Source: Longimicrobiales bacterium (GTDB taxonomy: Bacteria; Gemmatimonadota; Gemmatimonadetes; Longimicrobiales; Gaopeijiaceae). From it: 64,000 bases of DNA. The notes beneath the pieces were generated by a model that saw only the letters and a list, made by a program, of their open reading frames with translations, was not told where the DNA came from and did no database searches. The stretch spans positions 544,001 through 608,000 of the forward strand of contig OZ252251.1 of NCBI GenBank assembly GCA_965249725.1. Direction: 5' to 3'. Position numbers and translations under genes: made by a program. Shown one piece after another: positions 27,563 through 36,569 of this stretch (position 1 is the first letter of the stretch; each line of letters starts with the position of its first letter).

Positions 27563-28747
27563 TCACAAGAATCGATTTGGCGAGAACGGCGCTAAATCCT
27601 CCGCAGGCTCCCGGCCGAGCACCGCGTCCGCGACGAGCCGTGCCGAGAGCGGGCCAAGAGTGTAGCCAGCCTCCCCCGGAATCACCAAGAACGCACCCGG
27701 AACACTATCGATCGGGCCGAGGATGCCGGGCCCGCCGGTCGTGGTGTTGATGCCGCCCCAGGTGCGGATGATCCGAAGCGCGCCGATCGCCGGTACGATA
27801 TGCTGCGCGAGCGAGGTGTTGCCGATGATGCTGGACAGTCGGACCGCGGTGTAGTCCTCAGAGGGCGACAACTCCGCCGGCCACCCACCCCCGATCACCA
27901 CATGACCGGTCGAGAGCTGCTTGACCGTGATCATGCGATCGGCGTGCTGGACCAGGTGACCGATGAACGGTTCCGTCGGCTCGGTGATGTTCATGTGAAG
28001 TGGCTCGGCCTCCACGGGGAGCTTGAGGCCGAACGGCTCCGTAAGAGCCCGTGAGCCGGGCCCCGCCGCGATGACGACGGTTGCCGCACCAACCGTTCCG
28101 CGATACGTGTCGAGCTTGAAGCGCCCGCCGTCACGACTCACCCGATCGACCGGCGTTTCGCCGATGACGGCGACTCCGACCCTGCTGACCCAACGCCCCA
28201 GAGCCATGTTGGTCTTGAGCGGATCGAGCCGGCCCTCGTTGGCGCAAAGCTCCGCGCCCACCACCGCCGGGCCGAGGTAGGGCGCTACCTGCTCGAGTTC
28301 GGCCCGCTCGAGGATCCTCGTGTCGAGCCCGAGAGCCCGCTCGCGCTCTGCCTTTTGGGCGAGGAAGTCGAGTTGCCCCCGACTCTCGGCGACCATCAGC
28401 CCACCCGAGGCCTTGAGCCCGAAGTCGGCGTCCAGGTGGCGCTGCAGTTGCAGCCAGAAGTCGACCGCCTTCGGATATAGGTGAAGGCCCGATTCCAGGG
28501 CTGGTACCTGATCAGGGTGCATGCGGATGAACCGGCTCTGTATCTGGACGTGAAGGCTGCCGGCGTTGGTCGTCGTGCCTTCGGGGCGACCCGCGTCGAT
28601 GATCGTGACCTCCCGACCCTCTTCGGCGAGGAATGCCGCGACACACAGCCCCAAGATCCCCCCGCCCACCACCACCGTCTCGGTGTGGCGCGGGAGTGCG
28701 TCGTTCGGGGTGGGCGGGAGCGCGTCGTTGGGAGAGGGCGGGTGCAC
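27563..28747 (-). CDS. FAD-dependent oxidoreductase, DadA/SoxB family (second beta subunit paralog)
   Basis: VVVGGGILG, TTTNAGSLHVQ, EGRLDPL, VVIGGGWP, GYTLGP. GTG start inferred at 28747. Confidence 0.87.
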   Translation of the reverse strand: MHPPSPNDALPPTPNDALPRHTETVVVGGGILGLCVAAFLAEEGREVTIIDAGRPEGTTTNAGSLHVQIQSRFIRMHPDQVPALESGLHLYPKAVDFWLQLQRHLDADFGLKASGGLMVAESRGQLDFLAQKAERERALGLDTRILERAELEQVAPYLGPAVVGAELCANEGRLDPLKTNMALGRWVSRVGVAVIGETPVDRVSRDGGRFKLDTYRGTVGAATVVIAAGPGSRALTEPFGLKLPVEAEPLHMNITEPTEPFIGHLVQHADRMITVKQLSTGHVVIGGGWPAELSPSEDYTAVRLSSIIGNTSLAQHIVPAIGALRIIRTWGGINTTTGGPGILGPIDSVPGAFLVIPGEAGYTLGPLSARLVADAVLGREPAEDLAPFSPNRFL

Positions 28748-28758
28748 TAGCGAAGCCC

Positions 28759-30456
28759 CTAGGCGTCGCTGGGGTCGGCGAGATCCGTCCCTGGGTTCAC
28801 GAGATCCGCTACCGCCACCGGTTTGACGGGCACTCTGGGGGCAAAGCCGGAATACTCGCCTCTGATGCGGCCGGTACGCTGGGCCAGAAAGGCCTCGAGC
28901 GAGGGTCCGCAGTACCGCGCCTGGCAACGTCCCATCCCGATCCGGGTCCGCTGCTTGAGTTCGCCCGGTGAGGTCGCACCCTCGGCCAGTGCCGCCTCGA
29001 CCTGACCATAGGACACCTCCTCGCAGCGGCAAATCACAGTGTCGCCGGTGGGCTGCGGCAGCAGTGACTCCGGAATTCGGTACATCCGCCACAGTGCCGT
29101 CTGAAAGCGGCGGTGACGCGCGGCGTCCGCTTCCGCCTGCGCCTCCAAGCGCGCGGCCTCGGCCGAGAGCGGACGGCCCAAGGCTCGGGCGGCGGCAAAG
29201 CCCGCCAGGGTTCCCTCGGCCAGCCCGACCCGCGCCCCTCCGAGTCTGGTACAGTCGCCGAGCGCCCAGACGCCCTCCACGCTGGTCGCGCCCTGCGCGG
29301 TGCGTACCGTGGCGAGTCGGCGTTGTTCGGAGTCGAACACATGCGCGCAACCAAGCGCACGCAACAGCTCATTCGAGGGATGGAACCCGTAGCCGAGGCA
29401 TACGACATCCACTTCGAAACGGGCGGCGTCGCGCCCGGCGATCGTCGCCAGCAGACCGCGCGAGTGGGTCTCGACCGACGTCAGAACGGATCCGTTCATC
29501 ATCCGCACGCCGGCACGGCGGCACCTCGACAGATAGCTCATTCCCTCGACCACTAGGCCGGGCGCACTAGCGAGCATGGTGGCGATCTCCTTCACCCGGC
29601 GTGCGCCCACATCAGGCGCCGCCTCGACCACGGCAACCACCTCGGCTCCGCCTGCAACGAGCTCGGAGGCGAGTTGGAGATTGAGCGGGCCGTTGCCGGC
29701 GATCAGTACGCGTTGCCCGGGCAGGCGGCGAGCGGTACGCCACATGGTCTGGGCTGCCCCTGTCGTCATGACCCCCGGGAGGGTCCATCCGGGCACCGGC
29801 CAGCCTCGGTCGTAGGCGCCGGTCGCTACGATGGCCTTGTGCGGCTCCACGCGCACGGTGCTCCCACCGATCGTCGCCGCGAACTCCAACGGCGGAAACG
29901 CTCCCCAGACCAACGCGTTCGAGAGCACGGTTACGCCGGCGGAGAGGACCTCGTCGATGAGGTGCCGCCCCTCGCGATGCTGCGCGTCGGGCGGAACGAC
30001 CTCCGCGGCGGAGCACTGTTTGAAGTACTGCCCGCCCGGCGAGGATCCCTCGTCGAGAACGAGCACCTCGGCGCCGGCGATGCGGGCGGCATAGGCTGCG
30101 GCGAGCCCTCCCGGTCCCGCACCGACCACCAGCACCTCCGGGCGCTCGATCGGGATCTCCTCGATGGTGATCGGGGGGCCACCCCTACTCGCCACGCCGA
30201 TCGAGGGCAGGGTGCGCCCCTCGGCCTGGCGTCTGACCTTCATGGGTCGGTCGACCTTCAGCGTGCAGGCACGTTGGTTCGGCTCACCGTCGACTTCGAC
30301 CAGGCAATCCTGGCACACACCCATGCCGCAAAAGACGCCGCGTTCGGCACCGCTTTCGGTTGTGCGAAACGAACGGATGCCGTGAGCTGTGAGCGTTGCC
30401 GCGAGACTCTCGCCTGGGTGCGCCTCGAGGGTCTCACCCTCGAACTCGATCTTCAA
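28759..30456 (-). CDS. Fused 2Fe-2S + FAD/NAD(P)-binding + BFD-like protein (second alpha/gamma paralog)
   Basis: FCGMGVCQDCLV...RAC, VVGAGPGG, ATGAYDR-PGWTLPG, ICRCEEV, GMGRCQARYC. Confidence 0.9.
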   Translation of the reverse strand: MKIEFEGETLEAHPGESLAATLTAHGIRSFRTTESGAERGVFCGMGVCQDCLVEVDGEPNQRACTLKVDRPMKVRRQAEGRTLPSIGVASRGGPPITIEEIPIERPEVLVVGAGPGGLAAAYAARIAGAEVLVLDEGSSPGGQYFKQCSAAEVVPPDAQHREGRHLIDEVLSAGVTVLSNALVWGAFPPLEFAATIGGSTVRVEPHKAIVATGAYDRGWPVPGWTLPGVMTTGAAQTMWRTARRLPGQRVLIAGNGPLNLQLASELVAGGAEVVAVVEAAPDVGARRVKEIATMLASAPGLVVEGMSYLSRCRRAGVRMMNGSVLTSVETHSRGLLATIAGRDAARFEVDVVCLGYGFHPSNELLRALGCAHVFDSEQRRLATVRTAQGATSVEGVWALGDCTRLGGARVGLAEGTLAGFAAARALGRPLSAEAARLEAQAEADAARHRRFQTALWRMYRIPESLLPQPTGDTVICRCEEVSYGQVEAALAEGATSPGELKQRTRIGMGRCQARYCGPSLEAFLAQRTGRIRGEYSGFAPRVPVKPVAVADLVNPGTDLADPSDA

Positions 30457-30557
30457 CGTCAGGTCTCCTTGCGCGCGATGATGGCCCTCCGGAGATTCCG
30501 CAGGCCAATGTCACCGAACGCCGGATGATCGGCAATCTGAGCGCCAGGAGCTCGCCC

Positions 30558-31961
30558 ATGTCTTCCCTGTCGGAACTGGATCGGCGGTACCTCTTCCACC
30601 CGATGACTGCGCTCGCCACGCACGAGCACGCCGGGCCCTCTCCGGTCATCGTCAAGGGCGAGGGCGCTTGGCTGGAGGATGCCGAGGGGCGGCGGTACCT
30701 CGATGTCATGGCGGGTCTCTGGTGCGTCAACGTCGGCTACGGGCGGAGGGAGATCGCCGAGGCGTTAGAGCGGCAAGCGAGCACGCTTTCGTATTGCCAC
30801 ACGTTTTCGGGAGTGTCGTCCGACAAGCCGATTCTGCTAGCCCAGCGGCTCATCGAGATGGCGCCCGTGCCGATGTCGAAGGTGTTCTTCGGAAACTCGG
30901 GCTCCGACGCCAACGACAGCGCGGTAAAGCTCGTCTGGTACTACCAGAATGTCCGCGAAAAGCCGAAGAAGAAGAAGATCATCGCGCGTGAGCGCGGCTA
31001 TCATGGCGTCACGATCGTGTCTGGGAGTCTGACCGGTCTACACGCCCCGCACGCGGGGTTCGACCTTCCGCTGCCGTTCGTGAAGCACACCACCGCACCC
31101 CGGCCACTGTGGGAGGGCGCGGGCCTGACCGACGCGGAATTCGTCAGCCGGCTCGTGGACGATCTCGAGCAGCTCATTCAGGCGGAGGGACCGGAGACCA
31201 TCGGTGCCATGGTCGTCGAGCCGGTGATGGGCGCGGGCGGGGTGATCGTACCCCCTGAGGGGTACTACCCGGCGATCAAGGAGGTGCTCTCTCGCCACGA
31301 CATCCTGCTGATCGCCGACGAGGTGATCACCGGATTCGGGCGATTGGGCCGACCCTTCGGTACGGAGGTGTTCGGGCTCGAGCCCGACCTGATCGTCCTG
31401 GCCAAGGGTGTCACCTCCGGGTACGCACCACTGTCGGGGGTCATGGTGTCGGAGGAGGTCTGGCGGACCGTCGTCTCCGGCGCGGAGCGCTTCGGTGTTT
31501 TTGGTCATGGATTCACCTACACGGCACATCCCGGCCCTGCGGCCGCCGCGCTCGCGAACCTGGACCTGATCGAGAGGGACCAGCTCGTCGAACAGGCCGG
31601 GAATCGTGGCTCCTACCTGAAGGATCGGCTCGAGGACGCCTTCGGGGATCACCCGCTCGTGGGCGACATAAGGGGCGTCGGACTCATGTGTGGAGTCGAA
31701 TTCGTTGCGAGCCAGGGGCCGGCCGTCGCGTTCGACCCGTCTTTGAAGGTGGCCGCGCGCATCGTGAAGGAAGCCTTCGAACGCGGTGTCATCGGACGGG
31801 CACTGCCCCAGACCGACACGATCTCCTTCTCGCCGCCGTTCATCATTTCCGAGGAAGAGATCGACACGGGCGTGGACGCCTTTCGGCAGGCGACCGACGT
31901 CGTGATGCAGCAGCTTGTGGACGAAGGGGCCTGGCAACGGCCACAGGCGCAACTCCGGTGA
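30558..31961 (+). CDS. Class III (omega-amino acid) aminotransferase
   Basis: YLDVMAGLWCVNVGYG, SGSDAND, GYHG, EPVMGAGG, IADEVITGFGR, AKG PLP Lys, HGFTY. RBS aggag upstream. Confidence 0.93.
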   Translation: MSSLSELDRRYLFHPMTALATHEHAGPSPVIVKGEGAWLEDAEGRRYLDVMAGLWCVNVGYGRREIAEALERQASTLSYCHTFSGVSSDKPILLAQRLIEMAPVPMSKVFFGNSGSDANDSAVKLVWYYQNVREKPKKKKIIARERGYHGVTIVSGSLTGLHAPHAGFDLPLPFVKHTTAPRPLWEGAGLTDAEFVSRLVDDLEQLIQAEGPETIGAMVVEPVMGAGGVIVPPEGYYPAIKEVLSRHDILLIADEVITGFGRLGRPFGTEVFGLEPDLIVLAKGVTSGYAPLSGVMVSEEVWRTVVSGAERFGVFGHGFTYTAHPGPAAAALANLDLIERDQLVEQAGNRGSYLKDRLEDAFGDHPLVGDIRGVGLMCGVEFVASQGPAVAFDPSLKVAARIVKEAFERGVIGRALPQTDTISFSPPFIISEEEIDTGVDAFRQATDVVMQQLVDEGAWQRPQAQLR

Positions 31962-32668
31962 TCAACAAGGAGGTGGTGAGCGTAGCGGAAGCGGTCGCGG
32001 ACGTCTTCAACGGTGCGACGGTGATGATCGGGGGCTTCGGTGAGGCGGGCAGCCCGATCGAGCTCATCCATGCGCTCATCGACCAGGGGGCCACCGACCT
32101 GACCGTCGTAAACAACAACACCGGCAATGGCGAGGTCGGTCTGGCCGCCCTGATCAAGACCGGGCGTGTATCGAAGATGATCTGTTCGCACCCGCGTTCC
32201 ACGAACTCGACGGTGTTCCCCGACCTGTACCGAAGCGGGCATACGGCGCTGGAGCTCGTGCCGCAGGGCACGCTGGCCGAGCGGATTCGCGCCGGGGGCG
32301 CCGGCATTCCGGCCTTCTACACGCCGACGGCGGTGGGCACTCCCCTGGCGGAGGGAATGGAGCGCCGCAGTTTCCATGGTCGGGACTACTTGTTGGCGCA
32401 CGGTTTGACGGCCGACTTCGCTCTGATCAAGGGACGGTCGGCGGATCGTCATGGCAACGTCGTCTACAACAAGACCGCCCGGAACTTCAGTCCCCTCATG
32501 GCCATGGCGGCGGCAACCACCGTTGTGCAGGCGTCCTCCGTCGTTCCGGCCGGCGAGCTCGACCCCGAGGTCGTCGTCACGCCGGGCATCTTCGTGAACC
32601 GTGTGGTCGCTGTCGCCGACCCTGCGCACGAGTCCGCTCTGGTCGCTGAAGGGGTGTCGTACCCGTGA
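31958..32668 (+). CDS. pcaI: 3-oxoacid (3-oxoadipate-type) CoA-transferase subunit A
   Basis: MIGGFGEAG, NNNTGNG, ICSHPR, PQGTLAERIRAGGAGIPAF, ARNFSPLMAMAA, VVTPGIFV. GTGA overlap with the aminotransferase stop. Confidence 0.88.
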   Translation: MINKEVVSVAEAVADVFNGATVMIGGFGEAGSPIELIHALIDQGATDLTVVNNNTGNGEVGLAALIKTGRVSKMICSHPRSTNSTVFPDLYRSGHTALELVPQGTLAERIRAGGAGIPAFYTPTAVGTPLAEGMERRSFHGRDYLLAHGLTADFALIKGRSADRHGNVVYNKTARNFSPLMAMAAATTVVQASSVVPAGELDPEVVVTPGIFVNRVVAVADPAHESALVAEGVSYP

Positions 32669-33327
32669 GTGAGCGAAGCGCCCGCGTCGGTCTCACACGA
32701 GATGAAATGGCGAGGCGCTGTGCTCTCGACATTCGCGACGGCTCATACGTCAATCTCGGAATCGGCATCCCCGAGGGGGTCGCCGCGCACCTGCCCGAAG
32801 GCCGCGAGGTGATCTTCCACACCGAGAACGGACTGCTCGGAATGGGGCCTCCGCCCGCAGCGGGGGCGGGCGACCCCGAGTTGATCAACGCGGGCAAGCG
32901 CCAAGTGACGGCAAATCCGGGGGCGGCATACTTCCACCACGCGGACAGCTTTGCCATGGTCCGCGGCGGACATCTCGACCTGTGTGTCCTCGGTGCGATG
33001 CAGGTCTCCGCGGCAGGCGACCTGGCGAACTGGTCCACGGGTGCACCCGATGCCATCCCCGCCGTGGGAGGCGCGATGGACCTCGTGGCCGGCGTGAAGA
33101 CGGTCTACGTCATCACCCAGCACACAACCCGCAGCGGTGATGCCAAGCTCGTCGAATCGTGCAGCTACCCGCTGACGGGAGCCGCCGTCGTCGACCGTAT
33201 CTACACCAACCTGGCCGTCATCGACGTTGTCGTCGAGGGCTTTCAGCTCGTCGAGCTGAGCCCCGGAGTGACCTTCGAGTACGTGCAGGAACGAACGGCG
33301 GCGGTGCTGATTCCGGCTAGGGTGTGA
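32665..33327 (+). CDS. pcaJ: 3-oxoacid CoA-transferase subunit B
   Basis: YVNLGIGIP, HTENG catalytic Glu, SFAMVRGGHLD, GDLANW, PAVGGAMDL. Confidence 0.9.
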   Translation: MSERSARVGLTRDEMARRCALDIRDGSYVNLGIGIPEGVAAHLPEGREVIFHTENGLLGMGPPPAAGAGDPELINAGKRQVTANPGAAYFHHADSFAMVRGGHLDLCVLGAMQVSAAGDLANWSTGAPDAIPAVGGAMDLVAGVKTVYVITQHTTRSGDAKLVESCSYPLTGAAVVDRIYTNLAVIDVVVEGFQLVELSPGVTFEYVQERTAAVLIPARV

Positions 33328-34744
33328 GTGACGAGAACCCCCGTAACACCGAGTCCGAGTCGTCGACGTTGGCCGTTGCGTACAGCCTCTCCCCGGAGAG
33401 TTCGTCCTTCATGAGCTTCGTGAAAACGCCGCTGAGACTGAGCATCGCCACCAGGTTCGGGATCGCTACCACCGCGACCGCGATGTTGGCAAAGACCCAG
33501 AGCCGATCCACATCGGCGACTCCGGCCACCACGATGCCCGGCAAGAAGTAGAACCAGCGTAGCATCCGAACCGGGCGCACCCCCACCAGGTTCACCAGGC
33601 AGGTCTCGAAGTAGACGTAGAATCCGATCTGGGTGGAGAGGCAGAATGTGGCGATCGAGACGGACACGATGATCGACGCCACCCCCAGCGGGAACACCTC
33701 CGCGAAGGCGGCCAGCAGCAATTCGATGCCGGACTCGCCGCCCGCCATCGCCCCTGTGGAGAGAATCGCCAGCGCCGTGATGGAGCAGATCACGATCGTG
33801 TCGAAAAAGACCTCGAAAGCACCCCATACACCCTGTTGGAACGGGTGCTCGGTCTGGGCCGTGGCATGTACCATCGGCGCGCTCCCCATGCCTGCCTCGT
33901 TGGAGAGCATGCCGCGCGCCATGCCTTGCTTTATCGCGGTGCTGACGGCGACCCCGACCGCACCTCCAGCCCCCGCGGTCGCGGAGAATGCGTGCGAGAA
34001 AATGGAGTTCAGCACGTCGGGGAGCGTCGCGAAGTTGACCGTGATCACGACCAGTCCACCCAGCAGGTACGCCACCGTCATGATCGGCACCAACCGCTCG
34101 GAGAACCGGCCGATGCGTCGGATGCCGCCCAGAACGACCAATGCCGTGATGGTCGCCATGGAGACCGCCACCACATAGGGGTTCAGGTCGTAGCTCGCCA
34201 GCAGGGCGCGGCCCACCGTGTGAGACTGCAGCATCGAGGCGGCAAATACCGCGTTGATGAGCATGCCGGCGCTGAAGAGGAGGGCGAGCGGGCGCCACCC
34301 GAGTCCCCGGCGAATGTAGTACTGGGGCCCGCCCCGTAGCTGGCCGTCCGGCCCGCGCTCCCGGTAGTAGACCCCAAGGGTGATCTCCACCGTCTTCGAC
34401 ATCATCCCGAAGAACGCTAGCACCCACATCCAGAAGATGGCACCGGGCCCACCCACGGACAGCGCCGTCGCCACACCCGCCATGTTGCCCATACCCACCG
34501 TTCCGGCCAGCGACGTCGCGGCGGCCTGAACCGGCGTCATCGCCTGATCTTCCTTGGCCGATGCGGATCCTGAGGAGGTGAGGCGTCCCAAGGTGGTCCG
34601 GAGGATGTAGCCGAGCCCTGTGATCTGGAAGAAGCCCGACCGTACCGTGAAGTAGATCGCGACTCCCGCCAGGAAGCCCATGGTCCAAGGACCCCAGAGG
34701 AAGGAGTCGATGACGGCGAGGGTTTCTAGAAAGGAGTCGAGCAT
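33317..34744 (-). CDS. Alanine/glycine:cation symporter family (AGCS, AlsT-like)
   Basis: AGTVGMGNMAGVATA, GGPGAIFWMW, GGPQYYI, SNEAGMGSAP, FFDTIVIC, IPNL. Confidence 0.93.
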   Translation of the reverse strand: MLDSFLETLAVIDSFLWGPWTMGFLAGVAIYFTVRSGFFQITGLGYILRTTLGRLTSSGSASAKEDQAMTPVQAAATSLAGTVGMGNMAGVATALSVGGPGAIFWMWVLAFFGMMSKTVEITLGVYYRERGPDGQLRGGPQYYIRRGLGWRPLALLFSAGMLINAVFAASMLQSHTVGRALLASYDLNPYVVAVSMATITALVVLGGIRRIGRFSERLVPIMTVAYLLGGLVVITVNFATLPDVLNSIFSHAFSATAGAGGAVGVAVSTAIKQGMARGMLSNEAGMGSAPMVHATAQTEHPFQQGVWGAFEVFFDTIVICSITALAILSTGAMAGGESGIELLLAAFAEVFPLGVASIIVSVSIATFCLSTQIGFYVYFETCLVNLVGVRPVRMLRWFYFLPGIVVAGVADVDRLWVFANIAVAVVAIPNLVAMLSLSGVFTKLMKDELSGERLYATANVDDSDSVLRGFSSLTP

Positions 34745-34908
34745 ACTGCCTCGCTGAGGAGCTATTGCGGCCGACCCAATCCTACGGGCAGGCTTGCCGA
34801 TAGTAAAAGACAGAGTCCGAGAGTGCTCGCGTTTTGGGTCTTGTCCGGGCGGACGGCTCGGCCGAGCATTCGTCTTCGCGGATGGTGTCCACGTGCCCCG
34901 GAGTCACC

Positions 34909-35156
34909 ATGATCTTCGACCACCCCGAATTCGACGACCACGAGCGTGTCCACTAGAGGACAAGCCGGATGGACCGTCGATCGGCTCATGGCTCTCGGAT
35001 GCGCCGACCGCGCTCAGTGCCGACGCCCTGGTCTTCGACTACGTTGGGTTCCCCGCCGCGATGCTGGACGAGGTAACCGCTGAGATCGACACTCCGGTGT
35101 TCGATCTGGGGCACCTCACGCTGGACTTCCTCGAAAGAAAACTGCAGACGCTATGA
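34909..35156 (+). pseudogene. Chimeric remnant: 15-codon N-terminus of a Leu/Phe/Val dehydrogenase-like gene joined to the C-terminus of an AroM-like gene
   Basis: ggag RBS, then ATG 34909 MIFDHPEFDDHERVH* (TAG 34954-34956). A different frame then reads ADALVFDYVGFPAAMLDEV...PVFDLGHLTL...* ending at 35156. Confidence 0.55.
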
Positions 35157-35166
35157 GGCAGGATTA

Positions 35167-36564
35167 GTGAGTGACGGCGAATTGCACGGTGACGTTCCTG
35201 CGGGAACCTACGATCTCGTCGTCCACGGCAACGTCGCCCTTCCGGACGGCGGAGTGCTCGAAGGTGGGTGGCTCGGGATTGCGGCTGGGCAGATCGCGGT
35301 GGTCTCCGAGACGCCTCTCAACGGCGCCGAAGCCGTCGAGGCCGCGGGTCACCTGGTCCTCCCGGGCTTTGTAGACGCACACGTCCACACGCGGTCCTGC
35401 GTGGACGAGGGAGTCACGGCCACTACACGGGCCGCAGCAGCGGGCGGGACCACCACCATCATCGACATGCCGTTCGACAAGCCCGACCGACCGGTGAACT
35501 CTCTGGATCGGTTCGATGCGAAGGTGGCGGACGTCGGCACCGAGGCACTCGTCGACGTCGCTCTCTATGCCACGTTTCCCCCCGAGGGTGATCTGGGCAT
35601 GATCGCGGAGTTGGCCGGGGCGGGTGCGGCGGGGTTCAAGGTCTCCACGATCGAGGTGGACCCGATTCGTTTCCCGCGCATACCGGACGGCCGCCTGTAC
35701 GAGGCCTTCCAGGAGATCGCCGCTACCGGTCGCCCCGTCGCTGCCCACCAGGAGAACCAGGAGATCGTTTTCGCCCAGGCCGAGGCGTTTCAAGCCCGAG
35801 GCGACACGGCGCCCATCGATCATGCGCTGAGCCGCCCCCCCGTCGCAGAGGCGGAGGCCGCGGGCCGCCTGCTCGAGTTGGCGTATTGGACCGGCGCGCA
35901 CCTCCACATGGTTCACGGCACGCTGCCCCGCACCTTCGACCTCATTCACTTCAATCGATCGAAGGGGGTGCGGGCCACGGGTGAGACCTGCCTCCAATAC
36001 CTGCTTCTCACCATGAACGCTCTGAAAGAGCAGGGAGGTCGGGCCAAGTGTAATCCACCGCTCCGCTCACAGGAGGATGTAGATGGCCTCTGGGAGCAGG
36101 TGCAGGACGGAACGGTGGACATCGTCACGTCGGACCACTCACCGTATCCGCTGCACCGGAAGGAGACCGAGGACATCTTCGAGGCGTACGCCGGGATGCC
36201 GGGGGCAGAGACGTTGGGCACTCTCCTGTACAGCGAGGGCGTTGCGACCGGCCGCATCGGCCTGGGCCGTTTCCTGGAGTTGGTGGCTTCCGGTCCGGCT
36301 CGAGTGTTCGGGCTCGAGCGGAAGGGGCGACTGGAGGCGGGCGCCGATGCGGACTTCGTCGTCTTCGATCCCGACGCGGAGTGGACTCTGGACGAGAGCG
36401 AGATGCACTACGCGGTGGGGTGGAGTCCCTACCAGGGTCGTCCGGTGCGCGGGCGGGTGGCCTCGACCTGGCTTCGGGGCCGATGCGTCTACGAGCAGGG
36501 ACAGGTCCGTGCAGAGCCCGGAAGCGGCCGGTTCGTGGCCGCAGTGCCTGACACGACCACCTAA
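35167..36564 (+). CDS. Cyclic amidohydrolase, allantoinase/dihydroorotase family
   Basis: PGFVDAHVH, AAAAGGTTTIIDMP, GFK (carbamylated Lys), AHQEN, HMVH, KCNPPLR, SDHSP, GADADFVVFDP. Confidence 0.92.
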   Translation: MSDGELHGDVPAGTYDLVVHGNVALPDGGVLEGGWLGIAAGQIAVVSETPLNGAEAVEAAGHLVLPGFVDAHVHTRSCVDEGVTATTRAAAAGGTTTIIDMPFDKPDRPVNSLDRFDAKVADVGTEALVDVALYATFPPEGDLGMIAELAGAGAAGFKVSTIEVDPIRFPRIPDGRLYEAFQEIAATGRPVAAHQENQEIVFAQAEAFQARGDTAPIDHALSRPPVAEAEAAGRLLELAYWTGAHLHMVHGTLPRTFDLIHFNRSKGVRATGETCLQYLLLTMNALKEQGGRAKCNPPLRSQEDVDGLWEQVQDGTVDIVTSDHSPYPLHRKETEDIFEAYAGMPGAETLGTLLYSEGVATGRIGLGRFLELVASGPARVFGLERKGRLEAGADADFVVFDPDAEWTLDESEMHYAVGWSPYQGRPVRGRVASTWLRGRCVYEQGQVRAEPGSGRFVAAVPDTTT

Positions 36565-36569
36565 ACACG

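Noticed and set aside
34745..34908. Glycine riboswitch upstream of the AGCS symporter (also checked upstream of the MFS-gcvP run)
   Set aside because: No recognisable aptamer consensus by eye. An Infernal search with the Rfam glycine model would settle it.
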